From a virus: a stretch of 43,241 bases of DNA. The translations under genes and the position numbers were made by a program. How positions within the stretch are numbered: the stretch's first letter is position 1; every line of letters begins with the position of its first letter. Shown here in pieces: positions 41,872 to 43,241 of the stretch. Where the stretch lies: UHGV virus genome UHGV-0383738. The stretch is one strand, 5' to 3'. Under the pieces are notes generated by a model. It ran no database searches. It saw only the letters and a list, made by a program, of their open reading frames with translations, and was not told where the DNA came from.

Positions 41872-42306
41872 TCAGTTTTGTAGATTAAATGGTTCATGGT
41901 TTTTCCACGCTACAACGTTTGGAATCTCTTTGTTGCTCTTATCAATCCACTTGTAACCATCATAATATCCAAACTGGTACCCTACTGTGTCCGTGATATA
42001 TGCTACTTCAAATCGCCTTAAAAACGGCTTTCCACTATGCGCTGCACATACCACTCTGTATTCATTTTCTGCCGGTATTCGCTCCGCCACCGGAATCCAT
42101 ACAGGTACGTCCTTCTGGTAAGCATCACACCAGATATCCCACTGCTCACTCGCACGTTTGAGCCTATCCAATAATACCGGGATTTCACACGGCTCCAGGC
42201 CAGTATCCTCATAGGCAGCTAATCTTATCATCGCATCGCGAAATCTATCATGCCGTATGCTTACCTCTGTTTTTTCCTCATTAATCCAATCTGTTAATCT
42301 CTCCAT
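41872..42306 (-). CDS. DUF551-type phage protein, paralog 1.
   Basis: AAYEDTGLEPCEI, WIPVAERIP and a C-terminal VVAWKNHEPF. It shares a 19-nt identical stretch (GCTCCGCCACCGGAATCCA) with 36073..36525. Confidence 0.6.
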   Translation of the reverse strand: MERLTDWINEEKTEVSIRHDRFRDAMIRLAAYEDTGLEPCEIPVLLDRLKRASEQWDIWCDAYQKDVPVWIPVAERIPAENEYRVVCAAHSGKPFLRRFEVAYITDTVGYQFGYYDGYKWIDKSNKEIPNVVAWKNHEPFNLQN

Positions 42307-42334
42307 ACCGTAGTTCCCTTCTTAAATGCTAAGT

Positions 42335-42424
42335 TGGCGGCGGCCGGAGTCGAACCGGCACCCTCTTACTTTCCACCATGGTTATGCCAGGAATCGAACC
42401 TGGGCCTGTGTACCACACACCGCC
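42335..42424 (-). other. Composite tRNA-derived element (90 nt). Two tandem T-arm+acceptor 3' halves (CCAGG-TTCGATT-CCTGG-CATAACC-A and GCCGG-TTCGACT-CCGGC-CGCCGCC-A) are preceded by GGCGGTG, which pairs with the final acceptor strand.
   Basis: Two canonical T-arms are seen directly. No anticodon arm can be folded, so this is not a functional canonical tRNA. Confidence 0.5.
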
Positions 42425-42425
42425 A

Positions 42426-42524
42426 TTAACTCTTAAAATACTGGTAAATCGCTATTGCTATAATTATTAGTATCTCTGCAAAAACAGTGCAAACAACTCC
42501 TGCTAAAAATGGATTGATGTACAT
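42426..42524 (-). CDS. Possible 32-aa hydrophobic peptide (MYINPFLAGVVCTVFAEILIIIAIAIYQYFKS).
   Basis: Not in the ORF track. AGGAG lies 7 nt before the ATG. The stop is 1 nt from the tRNA-like element. Confidence 0.3.
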   Translation of the reverse strand: MYINPFLAGVVCTVFAEILIIIAIAIYQYFKS

Positions 42525-42573
42525 CGTTTATCTCCTTCTCTTCCTCTTGATTCCCCGGCTCTTGCCGTTCTTT

Positions 42574-42840
42574 TTAATCCTGGCTCTCTGTCCCATTCTC
42601 TAAGTCTCCTTGTGTTCCTGTATTGATGTTGTTCAGTCCAGTGCCATCCTGGGAAACATAGTCATAAGTGCCGGCCGTATAAAGCCATGCGGCATTGGTG
42701 CCTATCAGCGCAGCAAGCGTTACCAGAAACGCTATAAACCAATGTTTTGCATTCCTTTTGCTCTGCTCTATTACCTCTACAGCAAAATACTGCTCCAGCC
42801 CTTCCCATGTTGGCTTGTCCTTCTGGTTTTCAATGTTCAT
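42574..42840 (-). CDS. Small single-TM membrane protein (88 aa).
   Basis: RBS AGGAGG. TM segment WFIAFLVTLAALIGTNAAWLY. Confidence 0.5.
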   Translation of the reverse strand: MNIENQKDKPTWEGLEQYFAVEVIEQSKRNAKHWFIAFLVTLAALIGTNAAWLYTAGTYDYVSQDGTGLNNINTGTQGDLENGTESQD

Positions 42841-42968
42841 AAATATTTTCCTCCTGTGCTTGCGTAATACAGGAGAAAATGGTAAAATATTCCTGTATCC
42901 GCATTAGTTTGGGTAATGTGGTTACGGCTCCGGTTGGTGTGACAGCACCGCCGGGGCATTTTATAAAT

Positions 42969-43241
42969 CTAATCTTCCGCTTCTATGAGTTCCCCATCTT
43001 TAAGCATATACCATGTATCTGCTTTGATGTTTACTCCATCAACAACTACTGCTTTCCAGTTGGAAATTTTACAGCTATTTTCTTCTTCTGCAATAACCAA
43101 AATCGAACCTATCCCTCCTTTTGCTTTTACCCCGTTTCCTCTTGCAACAGATAATCCGTTTTCGCCTGTTGATGATTTTCCACGACTTGTTGCTGCTCCG
43201 CATTCCCCGGCTGTTGCTGCTCCGCGGTCCCCGGCTGTTGC
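42969..43241 (-). CDS. Probable C-terminal 90 codons of the same repeat protein if the element is circular (...GAATAGDRGAATAGECGAATSRGKSSTGENGLSVARGNGVKAKGGIGSILVIAEEENSCKISNWKAVVVDGVNIKADTWYMLKDGELIEAED*).
   Basis: The minus-strand frame is open from the window edge to TAG at 42969-42971. The codon phase at 43241 joins exactly to the codon ending at position 1 (..gca|gca aca gcc ggg..). Confidence 0.5.
   Translation of the reverse strand, partial: ATAGDRGAATAGECGAATSRGKSSTGENGLSVARGNGVKAKGGIGSILVIAEEENSCKISNWKAVVVDGVNIKADTWYMLKDGELIEAED
43190..43241. repeat. Two further copies of the same 24-bp repeat unit at the opposite window edge.
   Basis: TGCTGCTCCGCATTCCCCGGCTGT TGCTGCTCCGCGGTCCCCGGCTGTTGC is identical in unit and phase to the array at 1-200. 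The minus-strand reading frame is continuous across 43241|1. Confidence 0.9.

Noticed and set aside
1-43241. Diversity-generating retroelement or other RT-based system to explain the paralogous fibre genes.
   Set aside because: No reverse transcriptase ORF and no template/variable repeat pair were found.

Overview
This 43.2-kb window reads as an essentially complete temperate siphovirus-like phage or prophage genome of a Firmicutes (Clostridia/Bacillota-type) host. It appears to be circularly permuted: a 24-bp tandem-repeat array sits at both window edges and continues in phase across the 43241|1 junction inside a single minus-strand gene.

Layout: a plus-strand lysogeny operon at 1.5-4.4 kb encodes a CI-like HTH repressor, a small ORF, an AT-rich zinc-ribbon/TM/DUF4352-like membrane protein and a tyrosine integrase. 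It is followed by an attP-like region (4354-4629) with three arm-type direct repeats and a tRNA-3'-end-like core. Every other gene is on the minus strand in one continuous early-to-late order that wraps through the window edge: Cro-like HTH (1171-1356), early and replication/recombination genes (ERF-like annealing protein, HNH proteins, DnaD-like replisome organizer with internal iteron-like repeats, LexA-DBD-like protein, ASCH-like protein, two DUF551 paralogs, a beta-class DNA methyltransferase, an Hjc-like resolvase, a second tyrosine recombinase, YopX), then TerS, a terminase large subunit split by an HNH homing-endonuclease insertion (probable group I intron), portal, Mu-F-like minor head protein, a 3.3-kb cargo island of low-complexity Cys/Gly/Gln/Pro-rich and BclA-C/C1q-like proteins, a divergent plus-strand three-gene moron under a strong promoter, scaffold, major capsid, connector and tail genes (major tail, chaperones, tape measure, Dit/Tal-like, paralogous fiber/RBP genes), XkdX and an M15-peptidase endolysin with cell-wall-binding repeats.

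The main things worth a second look:
- the exosporium/spore-coat-like cargo island inside the head module (21355-25046)
- the intron/HEG-split terminase
- a three-operator genetic switch
- a conserved 25-nt element present twice in the late operon
- a composite tRNA-like element next to a 32-aa hydrophobic peptide gene
- an SD/anti-SD hairpin ahead of the replication genes
- a candidate sRNA (33785-33918)

No CRISPR array, rRNA or intact canonical tRNA was found.
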